A stretch of 64,000 nt of DNA from Candidatus Tectimicrobiota bacterium. GTDB lineage: Bacteria > JACPUC01. Below, one piece after another: positions 1-9,738 of the stretch (positions within the stretch are counted from its first letter, which is position 1; each line of letters opens with the position of its first letter). A model generated the notes under the pieces. That model did not search any database and was not told the DNA's origin. It was given only the letters and a program-made list of their open reading frames with translations. The stretch is taken from the NCBI GenBank assembly GCA_016192455.1, contig JACPUC010000007.1, positions 68,720 through 132,719 on the forward strand, written 5' to 3'. A program made the position numbers and the translations under genes.

Positions 1-685
1 CGCGCCAGCGCACCTCCCGGCATGCGGCATCGAGCACGCGCCCGATGGACTCGTACCAGAGCTTGATCGCCGCAGCGTCAAGCTTCGAGCAGAGCGTCTT
101 CGGATGCAGACCCGCCTCAAAGAGAATCTCATCGGCATAGGCATTGCCGATGCCTGCCAAATTCTCATCGTTGACGAGAAAGCTCTTCAGCTGGGCGCGG
201 TTGCCACGCACCAGTGACTGAAACGCTGTCAGCGTGAACGCTGGCGACAGCGGAGCGAGGCCCACCGAGGACCACCTCGGCACCTCAGCAAGACGAACAT
301 CTTCAACAAGATAGAGCTTCCCCATGCGCTTGGGGTCGTGATAGATGAGCCGCGTTCCCTGAAGCTCGAACTCTAGCGCCAGGCAGGCGCTCTTCGGTAC
401 TGGGTGTCGCGGCCGTTGGGACCGCGCCGCCTCGACGAGCTCGAAACGCCCGCTCAGCATGAAGTGACAGATGAGCGACAGCCCGGCGCTAAAGCGAAGC
501 CTCAAGAATGGCCCATGACGCTCGCAGCGTTGCAGCTTTTGGCCGACGAGGAGACGCGCGGGCTCCTCACGCAGCATGGAGCGAAGCACAATGGGCTGAT
601 ACACTTGAACGGCTACGATCCGCGCCCCGGCGAGCCTCCAGTTTAAGGTATCTCGTATGTACTCTAGATCAGGAATTTCAGGCAT
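1..685 (-). CDS. mutM: formamidopyrimidine-DNA glycosylase Fpg/MutM, N-terminal part (C-terminus beyond window start)
   Basis: Minus-strand translation from ATG (revcomp of 683-685) reads MPEIPDLEYIRDTL...GQKLQRCERHGPF...LAGIGNAYADEILFEAGLHP. This matches the Fpg catalytic N-terminus (Pro2, Glu3) and the H2TH motif. The ORF runs off the window so it is not in the supplied track. Confidence 0.8.
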   Translation of the reverse strand, partial: MPEIPDLEYIRDTLNWRLAGARIVAVQVYQPIVLRSMLREEPARLLVGQKLQRCERHGPFLRLRFSAGLSLICHFMLSGRFELVEAARSQRPRHPVPKSACLALEFELQGTRLIYHDPKRMGKLYLVEDVRLAEVPRWSSVGLAPLSPAFTLTAFQSLVRGNRAQLKSFLVNDENLAGIGNAYADEILFEAGLHPKTLCSKLDAAAIKLWYESIGRVLDAACREVRWR

Positions 686-691
686 ATAGCT

Positions 692-2896
692 CTACTTTTC
701 GAAGTTTGATTCGAGACGTAGGCTTGCCCATCCAGCGCCGTCGTAGCGCGAGTCGTCGGCTGGTCCAGGGTTAGTCTGCAAGGTGAGCTCAATTCTAGCT
801 CCAGAAAAGGACTTAAGCGAAACCTCATGATCAAACCAACGCCGCTCATAAGGGCGCTCTTTTGCATTTATGTATTGAGTAAAAATAAGCTTCTTAAGTC
901 CTTGATAAGCCACAATAATCTCAAAATTCATACCATCTCCTACTTGAGTGCCCCAGAGGTTGGGATCGGCGGCGATGGCAAAGCGTAGCGTCGCCTCCGG
1001 GGGGATTGCAAGCGTGTAGGTCGCACTCGCGGGGGGGTGCATGAACAGCACCGTTCGGCGATCGCCGTTAATGTTAAAGGACTGCAGCCCCACGTGATCC
1101 GCTTGGGGGGCGCGAACCGAGGCATGCGCCAGGTCGAATGGCCCCAGATCCAGGATGCGGAAGATATGGATCACCTCGAGGGGACGACGGGAGACGCTAT
1201 AGGGGAGATGTCCCCAACCATGCGAGTAGAAACCCGCCTTGCCGTGGCTGTCGATGAGGCGCAGGGGAATTGCCGCGGCATAGTCGCGGCGCTCCACCGG
1301 AGCAAGTCGGCGCTGCAAGGGGGGCGGCAGGGCGTGCGGTACCGGCAGGGTAGGAACGATGAGATAATCTCCATCCCGTGGGGTACCCAAAGCTTGGCGC
1401 ATGGCGGGGGGCAGGTTGGGATCGTTGAGCAGGTAGCGAGCCCCTACCTTCTCGAGGTAGTACCGAAACCCCCAGTCGCCGTTGAACCAGACCGTCGCTC
1501 CCCTGCCCTCTTGCATCGCTGTCGCAGCCCCATCTTGCAGTCGCTCCAGCCGCTCCGCCGTTTGTTGCGCGAAGCTTCGATAGATACTTGCCGTGCGCGC
1601 ATCGACGGCCGCCAGACCCAGGGTGATGAGAAGCTGCGCCGCGCCTCCGACAAGGGCCGCCCGTTTCCACGACCTTAGTCCCAAGTTGCGCTCTCCCCAG
1701 GAGGCAAGGAGAAGAATGAAAGGGGGGAATAAGGGCAATGCGTAGCGAACGGCGCCCCAGGGCATGACGGCGATGTTGTAGAACGCCACCCCCAAGAACC
1801 AGAGAAGGAGAAGGAGCCAGTGGGCGGCTTCGAGATAGCTTCCTTGAGCGTCCCGCCGCGTGGCGAAGGTCTCGTGCCAGGCGTTTCTCAGGCGCTGCGT
1901 CGCAAACACGCTCAGCTCCACGAGCAGGGCCAGGCCGGTGCCCAAGAAGAGAACCCACAGGAGATTGGCTGGCCATTCGTAGCCGTTCTTCACCATGCTT
2001 CCCGCTGCCCAAACAAGAAGGTACGAGGCGCCGAGAAGCAGCGCCGTACGGCGGGTGCGCAGGAGCAGGTGGAGAACGAGGAGCGGCAAGACCACCGCTC
2101 CCCCCAAGGTGCCCAGGAAGCTCGCGCCGCGATCCAGGAGATTACGGGCCGAGAGCAGCGCCGCGCCGTGCACGTACTTCACATGGGCAAAGGCCAGGGG
2201 CGGCGACCCTGCAAGGAGCCAGGTGACCAGCGCCATGGCCAAGAAGAGCGCCGGCGCCAGGAGGAGGATGGCGACGGCCCGCCGGGAGCGCTGCCGGTGC
2301 GCCAGCGCGAAGGCCAGCAGCAGGGGCATGACGCTGATCCCCTGGTACGCCGTGAGGCTTGCCGCAAGCGCCGCCGCCGCCCCTCCCCCCAGCCAGCGCG
2401 CCGACTGCCTCTCAATCCCATGCAACGTTGCCACAACCGCAAGAAGCCAGAAGGCCAAAAGCGGAACGTCGAGCATGATGGCGTGCGACATCACCACAAA
2501 GCCGGGCGAGACGACGAGCAAGCCCACGGCCAGCAGGGGGGCACGCAGCCAGCGGCGGCAGAGCCACGCAAAGGCGACGACAGCGGTGATCGGGAAGATG
2601 AGGTAGGCGAGATGCAGGACCCACTCCCGCGTTCCTCCACTGAGAGCCAGCACCGCCGCCGTATAGTACTGCAAAAGCAGGGGATGGGTGGACTCGTTGA
2701 GCCGCCCCACATGAAGCTGTCCGGCGAAGGGGTAGCGAATTTCCACGAAAGGATTGAAGGGATGCTGGCGGACGAGCTCGGAGATGCGCACCCAGAACTG
2801 GTCGTCAACGTGCAAGGGACGCCAGAGGAACGGCACGGTGAGGCAGAGCAGCAAGACGAGAGGAGGGACGTTGAATCGCAGCGTCCGGCGGATCAT
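692..2896 (-). CDS. GT-C fold membrane glycosyltransferase (family 39 / ArnT-PMT-like) with C-terminal soluble domain
   Basis: 735 aa from internal Met MIRRTLRF (ORF 692..3067). About 12 predicted TM helices in the first ~400 aa, then a hydrophilic C-terminal domain. The upstream ORF stop at 2920 sets the start. The neighbouring GT2 and ArnB-like genes make a lipid-linked sugar transferase plausible. Confidence 0.5.
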   Translation of the reverse strand: MIRRTLRFNVPPLVLLLCLTVPFLWRPLHVDDQFWVRISELVRQHPFNPFVEIRYPFAGQLHVGRLNESTHPLLLQYYTAAVLALSGGTREWVLHLAYLIFPITAVVAFAWLCRRWLRAPLLAVGLLVVSPGFVVMSHAIMLDVPLLAFWLLAVVATLHGIERQSARWLGGGAAAALAASLTAYQGISVMPLLLAFALAHRQRSRRAVAILLLAPALFLAMALVTWLLAGSPPLAFAHVKYVHGAALLSARNLLDRGASFLGTLGGAVVLPLLVLHLLLRTRRTALLLGASYLLVWAAGSMVKNGYEWPANLLWVLFLGTGLALLVELSVFATQRLRNAWHETFATRRDAQGSYLEAAHWLLLLLWFLGVAFYNIAVMPWGAVRYALPLFPPFILLLASWGERNLGLRSWKRAALVGGAAQLLITLGLAAVDARTASIYRSFAQQTAERLERLQDGAATAMQEGRGATVWFNGDWGFRYYLEKVGARYLLNDPNLPPAMRQALGTPRDGDYLIVPTLPVPHALPPPLQRRLAPVERRDYAAAIPLRLIDSHGKAGFYSHGWGHLPYSVSRRPLEVIHIFRILDLGPFDLAHASVRAPQADHVGLQSFNINGDRRTVLFMHPPASATYTLAIPPEATLRFAIAADPNLWGTQVGDGMNFEIIVAYQGLKKLIFTQYINAKERPYERRWFDHEVSLKSFSGARIELTLQTNPGPADDSRYDGAGWASLRLESNFEK

Positions 2897-2919
2897 GTTC
2901 GAGCGGGGAAGAGCTTGCA

Positions 2920-5472
2920 CTAGTCTCGTAGGCTCTCGTGCGGCACGGCGCGGTGGCGCCGCCGCCAGGCTGCGCGCGTCGCCGCAACCCCCACGCAGGC
3001 AAGGCCGACAAAGGTGAGGAGCGAGATGACCGCCCCGACGCGCACCGACCAGGGGGAGAAGAACCACTCCACGCGATGGCGTCCGGCAGGCACGTACACC
3101 GCGCGCAGGACATAGTTGGCCGTGTGGACGCGGGCCGACGTTCCATCCACGCGTGCCCGCCAGCCGGGATAGTTGATCTCACTCAGCACCAGGTAAGCCG
3201 GCTGCCGCGCCTCTACCTCCACTACCAGGCGGTTTGGCTCAAACCTGCTGATTTGGGCAGTGCCAACCGCCCCTTCCGCTTCATCCCCCCGCGACGTCGG
3301 CAGGAAACGGGCCGACGCCAGCCGCTCGTGCCGCCCCTCGCCCGCCGCTGCCGAGCCAGCCGTCGCACTCTGAGGCTGGGCAGGCTGCAGTACCTCCTCC
3401 GCCGGCGGCGGCGCTTCGAAGAGCACGCTGCTGCGCGGGTCAAAGGAAGGGCTGCGCAAGAGGTTGAAGATCGCCTTCTCACGCGGCTCGACGATGATCC
3501 TGGATACCAGGAAAGCGCGCGGCAGCGCGTCAACGTTGCGGTAGACCTTCATCTCGCCATCGCGAATACGCTCCAGTCCCGGCAGGAACAGGGCCTCGTC
3601 GGCCAGTACGAAGCGCGTATTCAGGAGGTCGAGAAGGCGATGCGTGCCGTGCGCAAACTCATTCTCCGCCGATACTCCGAAGGTCCGAAAGCGGTTGATC
3701 TTCAAGGAGTCATACCCGATGACGCTGGAGAAACGATAGAGCATGGGAACGTTGTAGGGCAAATGGTCCTTAACGCGCAACATTGTTTCCAGGTCGTGCT
3801 TCTCGTAGCCGCGATGGTGGAAGACGTAGTTGTAAAACTTGCGTGTATCTTGCCGCGTCCGGTGGTAGGTCCACAAGCGGAAGGGCTCGCGCTCCTGCTG
3901 TAGGAGATCGATGGTTGCCGTCGAGGAGCTCGCCAGACGCGCATCGGTGAGGGGCGTCAGTTTCATGCCGAAGATGAGGAGATCGGCGGCAACACTGAGA
4001 AAGAGCAGCACCGTGGCGAGGCGGACAGCGAAGGGGCCGCGCTTGCCGAGCCGGTTCCAGAGCAGCAGGATCAGCAGCGTCAAGGTCAGGAAAACGAGCG
4101 GCGTCCAGAGGTCCGTGGCCGCGGTGTGAAAGCCTACCTCATTGGCGAATGAGAGGAGGGAACGAACCCCCGGCAATGCTAACAGCGGCAGGCTGAGGGC
4201 GAGCAGCCAGTCGTTGTACTTTTGGGCAACCAGCAGGAACGTGAAGAAGGCAAGGAGCAGGATAACCCCCGCCCCGGCTCCCCACTTCAAGCGTTGTCCG
4301 AGTTGCTGCCGCCCGAAGGCCTCGAAGCCCCTGGCGGCGAGAATACTGAGGGCAAACGTGGAGAGGAGGATGAACATCGTTGGGTAGCGCAGACGGCTGA
4401 AGACCGGCAGGGCGAAGATGAGGCGGTAGGCGGGAGTGTGGTTGCCGAGCGTCAGGAGGAGCGAGGCGCTAGCCAGGATCGTTGCGAATCGCGCCAGCAC
4501 GTGGCGGTGCTGCAGGAGACTTCCCAGCACTGCCAGGAGGAGCGGCACGACGCCGACGTAGAGGCAGGTGATCCAGAAGAACCCCTCCCCCCAGTAGGTG
4601 TTCTTCGCCGGATCGCCGAAGAGGTAGGGTGCGACCAGCGTGAGGAGCTGGCGGGGTGGCAGGGAGAGCTGCGTCACGTAGCCGTAGTCGGCAGCCGCGC
4701 GATTGGAGAGCCTGGAGTATTCGAGGGCCGGCAGGAGCTGGGCGGCGGCGAGCAGACCACTGAGGAGGTTCATGGCGAGGAAGAGAAGGAGCGGCGCGTG
4801 CCAGGGCTGGCGCCCATGCCTCGCGTCAGGCGAGGCAGCCCTGCAAAGGGCGTAGGCAAGAAGGCCGAGCTGGGTGTAGAGGAAGAGTGGATGGCCGCTG
4901 AGGACCTGCAGCCCGGAGACGGCGCCGCCGAGGTAGAGGTAGGGGTTGCCCCGGAGTCGACAGGGCTGGCGCCGGGCGAGCTCGAAGCAGAAGAAGACGA
5001 GCGGCGTCCAGGCTACCGTCGAGACATGCGGGAAGACCTCCAGGTGCTTCACGAACCAGCCGCTTCCCAGGTACACCAGGCCGCCGAAGAGGGCCGCGCC
5101 CTGCGAGCTTCCCGCGGCGCGCAAGAACGCATACATGAAGCAACCGGCCAGGAAGATGTGGAACACGGCGCTGAGCGCCATGCTGTACCAGAGAGGACCG
5201 AGGAAGAGCAGCAGGTTGAGGGGGTAAAGGACGCCGGAGTGTTGATTGGCGAGAAAGGGTTGGCCGCCATAGGCGTAGGGGTTCCAGAGCGGCAGAATGC
5301 CCTGCCGATAGCTCTCCAGGAGAAAGTGGCGCCAGGGATAGAAGATGACGAAGGAATCGCGACCGACAAGCATCTCGCCGGAGAAGAGGACTTTCCAGAA
5401 GAGCAGGAGTACAACGACGAGATAAAGGAGGAGGGCCTGGAGCGTGGGACGGAACTGAGTGGAATACAGCAT
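2920..5472 (-). CDS. YfhO family membrane protein
   Basis: 850 aa from Met MLYSTQF. Polytopic N-terminus with FYPW/LWNPY motifs and a large C-terminal extracytoplasmic domain, typical of YfhO-like glycosyl-carrier-dependent transferases. Confidence 0.65.
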   Translation of the reverse strand: MLYSTQFRPTLQALLLYLVVVLLLFWKVLFSGEMLVGRDSFVIFYPWRHFLLESYRQGILPLWNPYAYGGQPFLANQHSGVLYPLNLLLFLGPLWYSMALSAVFHIFLAGCFMYAFLRAAGSSQGAALFGGLVYLGSGWFVKHLEVFPHVSTVAWTPLVFFCFELARRQPCRLRGNPYLYLGGAVSGLQVLSGHPLFLYTQLGLLAYALCRAASPDARHGRQPWHAPLLLFLAMNLLSGLLAAAQLLPALEYSRLSNRAAADYGYVTQLSLPPRQLLTLVAPYLFGDPAKNTYWGEGFFWITCLYVGVVPLLLAVLGSLLQHRHVLARFATILASASLLLTLGNHTPAYRLIFALPVFSRLRYPTMFILLSTFALSILAARGFEAFGRQQLGQRLKWGAGAGVILLLAFFTFLLVAQKYNDWLLALSLPLLALPGVRSLLSFANEVGFHTAATDLWTPLVFLTLTLLILLLWNRLGKRGPFAVRLATVLLFLSVAADLLIFGMKLTPLTDARLASSSTATIDLLQQEREPFRLWTYHRTRQDTRKFYNYVFHHRGYEKHDLETMLRVKDHLPYNVPMLYRFSSVIGYDSLKINRFRTFGVSAENEFAHGTHRLLDLLNTRFVLADEALFLPGLERIRDGEMKVYRNVDALPRAFLVSRIIVEPREKAIFNLLRSPSFDPRSSVLFEAPPPAEEVLQPAQPQSATAGSAAAGEGRHERLASARFLPTSRGDEAEGAVGTAQISRFEPNRLVVEVEARQPAYLVLSEINYPGWRARVDGTSARVHTANYVLRAVYVPAGRHRVEWFFSPWSVRVGAVISLLTFVGLACVGVAATRAAWRRRHRAVPHESLRD

Positions 5473-5632
5473 GAGTCGTCTACGGGAGCTGCCCGCCTGC
5501 TGCTGGTGACTGCTCGCCCGGCAACGGCAAGACAAAAAAGAACCCTCCTTGCGGGGAGGGCTCTTTGCATTATTCCAGTGGGTCCGTGCAGCCCACGGAG
5601 GGGACCTCGACCGGAGACTCCCGTTTCACCCG

Positions 5633-6244
5633 TTAGTTAAACACTGACGAGTACTGCGTGCCGTAGCCGTCGTAGCCGCCTCCGCTAGGCAGCGGCTCCT
5701 GTGGCGCCCTGGCGAACTCGAGGCGTGGGAAGAAGTGCGCGCGCCCCTCGACATCAAACACGGCAACCAGGAGGTCTCCGGTCCCATTCCCGATGTTCAG
5801 GGAGATATCCGTCCCGAAGAGATCGGTCTCACCGAGACCCACGTCGGCAAAGCGGAACGGCTGCCCACGCCAGATCACGTCCTGATCAATCCTGCGGTCC
5901 GTGCGATGCAGCTCCTCGAACGGCAGAAGCTCCCCCGTGTCGGTAACGACGAACGCCTCAACGCGGTCGATGGGGGTTCCGCCTTCGCGGATAAGCGCCA
6001 GCAACGTAATCTCGTAGCGACGGTCCACGAAAACGAGAGGCTGATCAAGGCCCACCGCCAGAATCTGCGAGCGACCCGGCTCGAAGCGATCGCGCGTCGG
6101 GGGCGGGGGAGCAAAGAGGTCCAGCAGGGATCCCTGGCTCTCCACGCGCGGCGGGCTGAAGGCGCCAAAAGCCACCAGACCCAGCAGAACCAGCGCCATC
6201 GCCCCAGGTATTCCAATCTTCCAATGCCGGTAGAGAAAACGCAT
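5633..6244 (-). CDS. hypothetical secreted/membrane-anchored protein
   Basis: ORF 5633..6310. Internal Met MRFLYRHWKIGIPGAMALVLLGLVAFGAF gives a signal/anchor helix. No recognisable family. Confidence 0.4.
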   Translation of the reverse strand: MRFLYRHWKIGIPGAMALVLLGLVAFGAFSPPRVESQGSLLDLFAPPPPTRDRFEPGRSQILAVGLDQPLVFVDRRYEITLLALIREGGTPIDRVEAFVVTDTGELLPFEELHRTDRRIDQDVIWRGQPFRFADVGLGETDLFGTDISLNIGNGTGDLLVAVFDVEGRAHFFPRLEFARAPQEPLPSGGGYDGYGTQYSSVFN

Positions 6245-6518
6245 TGGGATGACTCCTTGCGATAATGAACCAACGCGCAGCTTGTGAAGGGTGAAGGATT
6301 TATACTTCATTTCTCGTAACTTGTCAAGCGAAAGTTAACTTTATCTTTGCGTGGAAACGAGGCGGTTGGTAAAAACTTCTTGACGAAGCGGGAGGTTCCG
6401 GCGGATGGTGTGCGGCAATCAGCGCCGGAGACGTCGTCAGCCGCACCGCGAGCGCGGCGTCGCGTGGTCGACGCAGCCTCTCCACCGCGCCACCTCGCCG
6501 TGAGAGCGCAGCAACGTC

Positions 6519-7529
6519 ATGGTGCGTGCAACCGAAGGCGAACGCGCCGTTGGAGACCGAGGAGCCGCCCCGATGCCCCCGCCCAGCACCGACAGCGCCG
6601 TTGCCGACCGCCACTCCTTGAGCGTCCTGGTGCCGGTGCGCAACGAAGCCGGCAATCTACGGCGGGCCTACGCGGCGTTGCGCCAGGTGCTCGACGCCTG
6701 CCCCGAGATCAGCGCCTGGGAACTGCTCTTCATTGACGATGGCAGCAGCGACAGCAGTTGGGAGGAGAGCCTTGCCCTGGCAGCCAGCGATCCCAGGGTA
6801 CGCTGTCTGAAGCTGGCCCTCCCCGTCGGGCAGCACGCCGCCCTTTGCGCGGGGATGGAAGCCGCGCTGGGCGAAATCCTGCTCACCTGCGATGCCGATC
6901 TCCAGGTGCCGCCGGTCGAGCTGCCTCGCCTCTGGCGCGCCATCGGCGAGGGCGTGGACCTGGTGCGGGGCTGGCGGAAGGAGCGGGCGCACCGCTCCAG
7001 GCTACGCCGCTGGCTCTCCTTCCTGACCACGCAGGTGGTGAGCCTGCTTCTGGGGCGGCGCTACCGCGACCTCACCTCTCCGTACGCCGCTTTGCGCGCG
7101 GAGCTGGGGAGAAGCCTGCTGAAATCCGGCATCCGGCGTCATGCGCTCGGCGTCGCCGCGGTGCAGCTCGCCCCGCAGGTCGTCGAGCTGCCGGTGCGGC
7201 ACCTTCCCAGGGTTTCGGGCCGTTCGCGCTACACTTGGCGGAGCCTCCTGCGGCTCGGCAGCGTCATGCTCGCCACCTGTTTTCCGGCTGTACCCCGGCG
7301 GCTCGCGGTGGCGGCGGGTTTCCTTGCTCTCCTGGGGGGGACCGCCGCGGCGGCGCTGCACCTGGGAGGCTTCGGGGCGGCGTCGGCGGCCCTGGCGGCG
7401 CTGCTCGGCGGCGCTCCCGCGCTGCTCCTGCTGAGCTTCGCCGGCTTCCTGCACGTGCGCCGTCGGCGCCTGCTGCGGGCCGAGGAGCAGCCGCTCTACC
7501 GCATTGCCGAACGCTATCCGCCGTCGTAA
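6519..7529 (+). CDS. GT2 family polyprenyl-phosphate glycosyltransferase (ArnC/DPM1/GtrB-like)
   Basis: LSVLVPVRNE...FIDDGSSD...TCDADLQ are the GT-A DXD and ED motifs of dolichol-P-mannose synthase-like enzymes. C-terminal hydrophobic helices. Confidence 0.8.
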   Translation: MVRATEGERAVGDRGAAPMPPPSTDSAVADRHSLSVLVPVRNEAGNLRRAYAALRQVLDACPEISAWELLFIDDGSSDSSWEESLALAASDPRVRCLKLALPVGQHAALCAGMEAALGEILLTCDADLQVPPVELPRLWRAIGEGVDLVRGWRKERAHRSRLRRWLSFLTTQVVSLLLGRRYRDLTSPYAALRAELGRSLLKSGIRRHALGVAAVQLAPQVVELPVRHLPRVSGRSRYTWRSLLRLGSVMLATCFPAVPRRLAVAAGFLALLGGTAAAALHLGGFGAASAALAALLGGAPALLLLSFAGFLHVRRRRLLRAEEQPLYRIAERYPPS

Positions 7530-7540
7530 GAGGGAGCCAG

Positions 7541-8554
7541 GTGTCCGCCCGTCTCCTCCGCCTCCAGACCAGCCATGCAGCGGCGCTGAAGGAGTTCCTC
7601 GAGACGCCCGGGGAACTGCCGTGGCCAGGCATGCGGCAGGCCAGCGAAAGGCTCCGCCGCGGCGTCCTGAGCTGGCAGATGCGCCAGCATCTGGAGCTGC
7701 CGGCTGCGCAGGCGCTCACCCTGGCGGCGGTCGCTCCGTCGACGGCGGGCGCCGCCGCAGCGCCTGAGATCGAAGGGCTTGCCCAGGTGCGCCTGCTGGA
7801 ATGGGATACCGGGGTGCTGAGCACGGGCTGTGGCCGCGTTGACGCGCTGCGCGCCCGCGGGTCGTATACGCAGCAGCGCGCCACGCTTGCCGAGGTCCTG
7901 CCGCCGGCGCTCGCTTGGCTGCGTGATCACGGGGTGCGCCTGGTCCATGCCCGCCTGCCGATCCTGGCACGCGCCGCCATCCACACCCTGGAAGAGGCGG
8001 GATTCCGCTTCATGACCTGCCTCGCCTGCTTCTACCGGGCCCCGGGCAGCTTCTCCGCGGCCTGGACGCGCTCCCTGGCGCAGCGCTTCCAGGTGCGGCG
8101 CGGCCGCCGCGGCGATCTGCCGCACCTGCAAACCATGGCCCTGGGAGCCTTTCAGCAGAACCGCTTCTCGCTCGATGCTCGCCTCGACGCCGGGCGGGTT
8201 GACCGCCTCTATGCGGCCTGGATCAGCGGCGCCCTGCAGCGCAGGCAGAACCGCCTCCTGGTCTGCGAGCAGCAGAAGAAGCCGATCGCCTTCCTTCTCT
8301 ACGAAGTGCAGCGCTTTACGGTCGGGAGGGAGCGTTTGCGCCTGGGGAGACTGGTGCTGGCCGCTTCCGCGACCGCCGAGCGCTCCCGGGGCGCCGCCCT
8401 GGCCTGCCTGCTGCGGTGCATGGAGGAACAGCAGGGACAGGTGGACGTCCTGGAGGCCGTCGTGGGGACGACGAACGACGCCGCCTGCCGGGCCTTGCGG
8501 CGATTCGGTTTCCATTGCCTCAACACGCTCATCGACCTGCATGCGTGGTTGTGA
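7541..8554 (+). CDS. GNAT-family N-acetyltransferase domain protein (possible aminosugar N-acyltransferase)
   Basis: True frame inside the artefactual ORF 6758..8554. GTG start at 7541 lies 5 nt after an AGGGAG RBS and just after the GT2 stop. The C-terminal segment RLGRLVLAAS...RSRGAALACLL...RRFGFH resembles the GNAT motif A/B. Confidence 0.45.
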   Translation: MSARLLRLQTSHAAALKEFLETPGELPWPGMRQASERLRRGVLSWQMRQHLELPAAQALTLAAVAPSTAGAAAAPEIEGLAQVRLLEWDTGVLSTGCGRVDALRARGSYTQQRATLAEVLPPALAWLRDHGVRLVHARLPILARAAIHTLEEAGFRFMTCLACFYRAPGSFSAAWTRSLAQRFQVRRGRRGDLPHLQTMALGAFQQNRFSLDARLDAGRVDRLYAAWISGALQRRQNRLLVCEQQKKPIAFLLYEVQRFTVGRERLRLGRLVLAASATAERSRGAALACLLRCMEEQQGQVDVLEAVVGTTNDAACRALRRFGFHCLNTLIDLHAWL

Positions 8555-8565
8555 GGGTAAACCCG

Positions 8566-9717
8566 ATGACGCAGCGCGACGCCCTCCCCTTTCAGCGTCC
8601 CTGCCTTGGCGAGGCCGAGGCGGAGGCGGTGCGCGAGGTGCTCCTGTCGGGGTGGATCACCACGGGTCCGAAGACGCGCGCCTTCGAGGAGGCCTTTGCC
8701 GGCTTCGTCCGCGCCCCCTTCGCCCTGGGGCTGAACTCCTGCACCGCCGGGCTGCACTTGGCCCTCATGGCGGCGGGGGTGCAGCCGGGGGACGAGGTGA
8801 TCACCACGCCCATCGGCTTCGCCGCAAGCGCCAATGTCATCGACCACCTCGGAGCGCGCGCCGTCTTCGTTGATGTGCGCCCGCAGGACCTGAACCTCGA
8901 CGTCGGCCGCATCGAGGCGGCCGTCACGCCCTCCACCCGGGCGATCCTGCCGGTGCACCTGGCCGGCAATCCCTGCGACATGGCGCCGCTCCTCGAGCTG
9001 GCGCAGAGGCTCGGCCTGCCGGTCATCAGCGATGCCGCGCATGCGACGGATGCGGAGTACCACGGCAGGCGCATGGGGGAGCTGGGGGATTACGCCACTT
9101 TCAGCTTTTACGCCACGAAGCCGATCACCACGGCCGAAGGGGGTATGTTGACCACCCCGCATGGGGAGCAGCTCGACTGGCTGCGCACGCTCAGCCTACA
9201 GGGCCTCAGCCGCGATGCCTGGACGCGCTTCGGGCGCGACTACCAACACTGGGAGATCGTCGTAGCGGGGTACAAATTCAACATGTTCGATGTGCAGGCG
9301 GCCCTGGGCCTGGTGCAGCTCCAGCGGGCGGAGGAGTTCCGACGGCAACGGAGCCGCATCGCCGCGATCTACGATGCGGCCTTCACCGAAATCGAGGAGC
9401 TGGCGCCGCTGCGGCCCCTGGCGGGGTGCACGCCGTCGCACCATCTCTACATCGTGCTGCTGCGCCCGGAGGCGGCGGGGATGACGCGGGACGCCTTCAT
9501 GAACGCGTTGCAGTGCGAGGGCATCGGTGTGGGCGTTCACTTCCGGGCGCTGCACCTCCATCCCTACTATCAGCAGAAGTTCGGGTACGGAGCCGGCCTG
9601 GCGCCGCGGGCCGAGGCGGCCTCCAAGCACATCCTCTCCCTGCCGCTCTTCAACGGCATGCGGGAGCGCGACGCCGAGCGCGTCATTGACGCCGTCCAGC
9701 GCATCCTCAGGCGATGA
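8566..9717 (+). CDS. DegT/DnrJ/EryC1/StrS PLP-dependent sugar aminotransferase (ArnB-like)
   Basis: ATG at 8566 in ORF 8416..9717. The PLP-lysine motif SFYATKPITTAEGGM and the overall DegT architecture (QRPCLGEAE...DAAHA) are present. Confidence 0.85.
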   Translation: MTQRDALPFQRPCLGEAEAEAVREVLLSGWITTGPKTRAFEEAFAGFVRAPFALGLNSCTAGLHLALMAAGVQPGDEVITTPIGFAASANVIDHLGARAVFVDVRPQDLNLDVGRIEAAVTPSTRAILPVHLAGNPCDMAPLLELAQRLGLPVISDAAHATDAEYHGRRMGELGDYATFSFYATKPITTAEGGMLTTPHGEQLDWLRTLSLQGLSRDAWTRFGRDYQHWEIVVAGYKFNMFDVQAALGLVQLQRAEEFRRQRSRIAAIYDAAFTEIEELAPLRPLAGCTPSHHLYIVLLRPEAAGMTRDAFMNALQCEGIGVGVHFRALHLHPYYQQKFGYGAGLAPRAEAASKHILSLPLFNGMRERDAERVIDAVQRILRR

Positions 9718-9738
9718 GAGAAGAGGCAGAGGGCGGCA

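Noticed and set aside
6758-8554. 598-aa ORF in the track spanning GT2 and GNAT genes
   Set aside because: Its first ~780 nt overlap the GT2 gene out of frame and encode low-complexity Pro/Arg/Gly sequence. Only the portion from GTG 7541 looks like a real gene.
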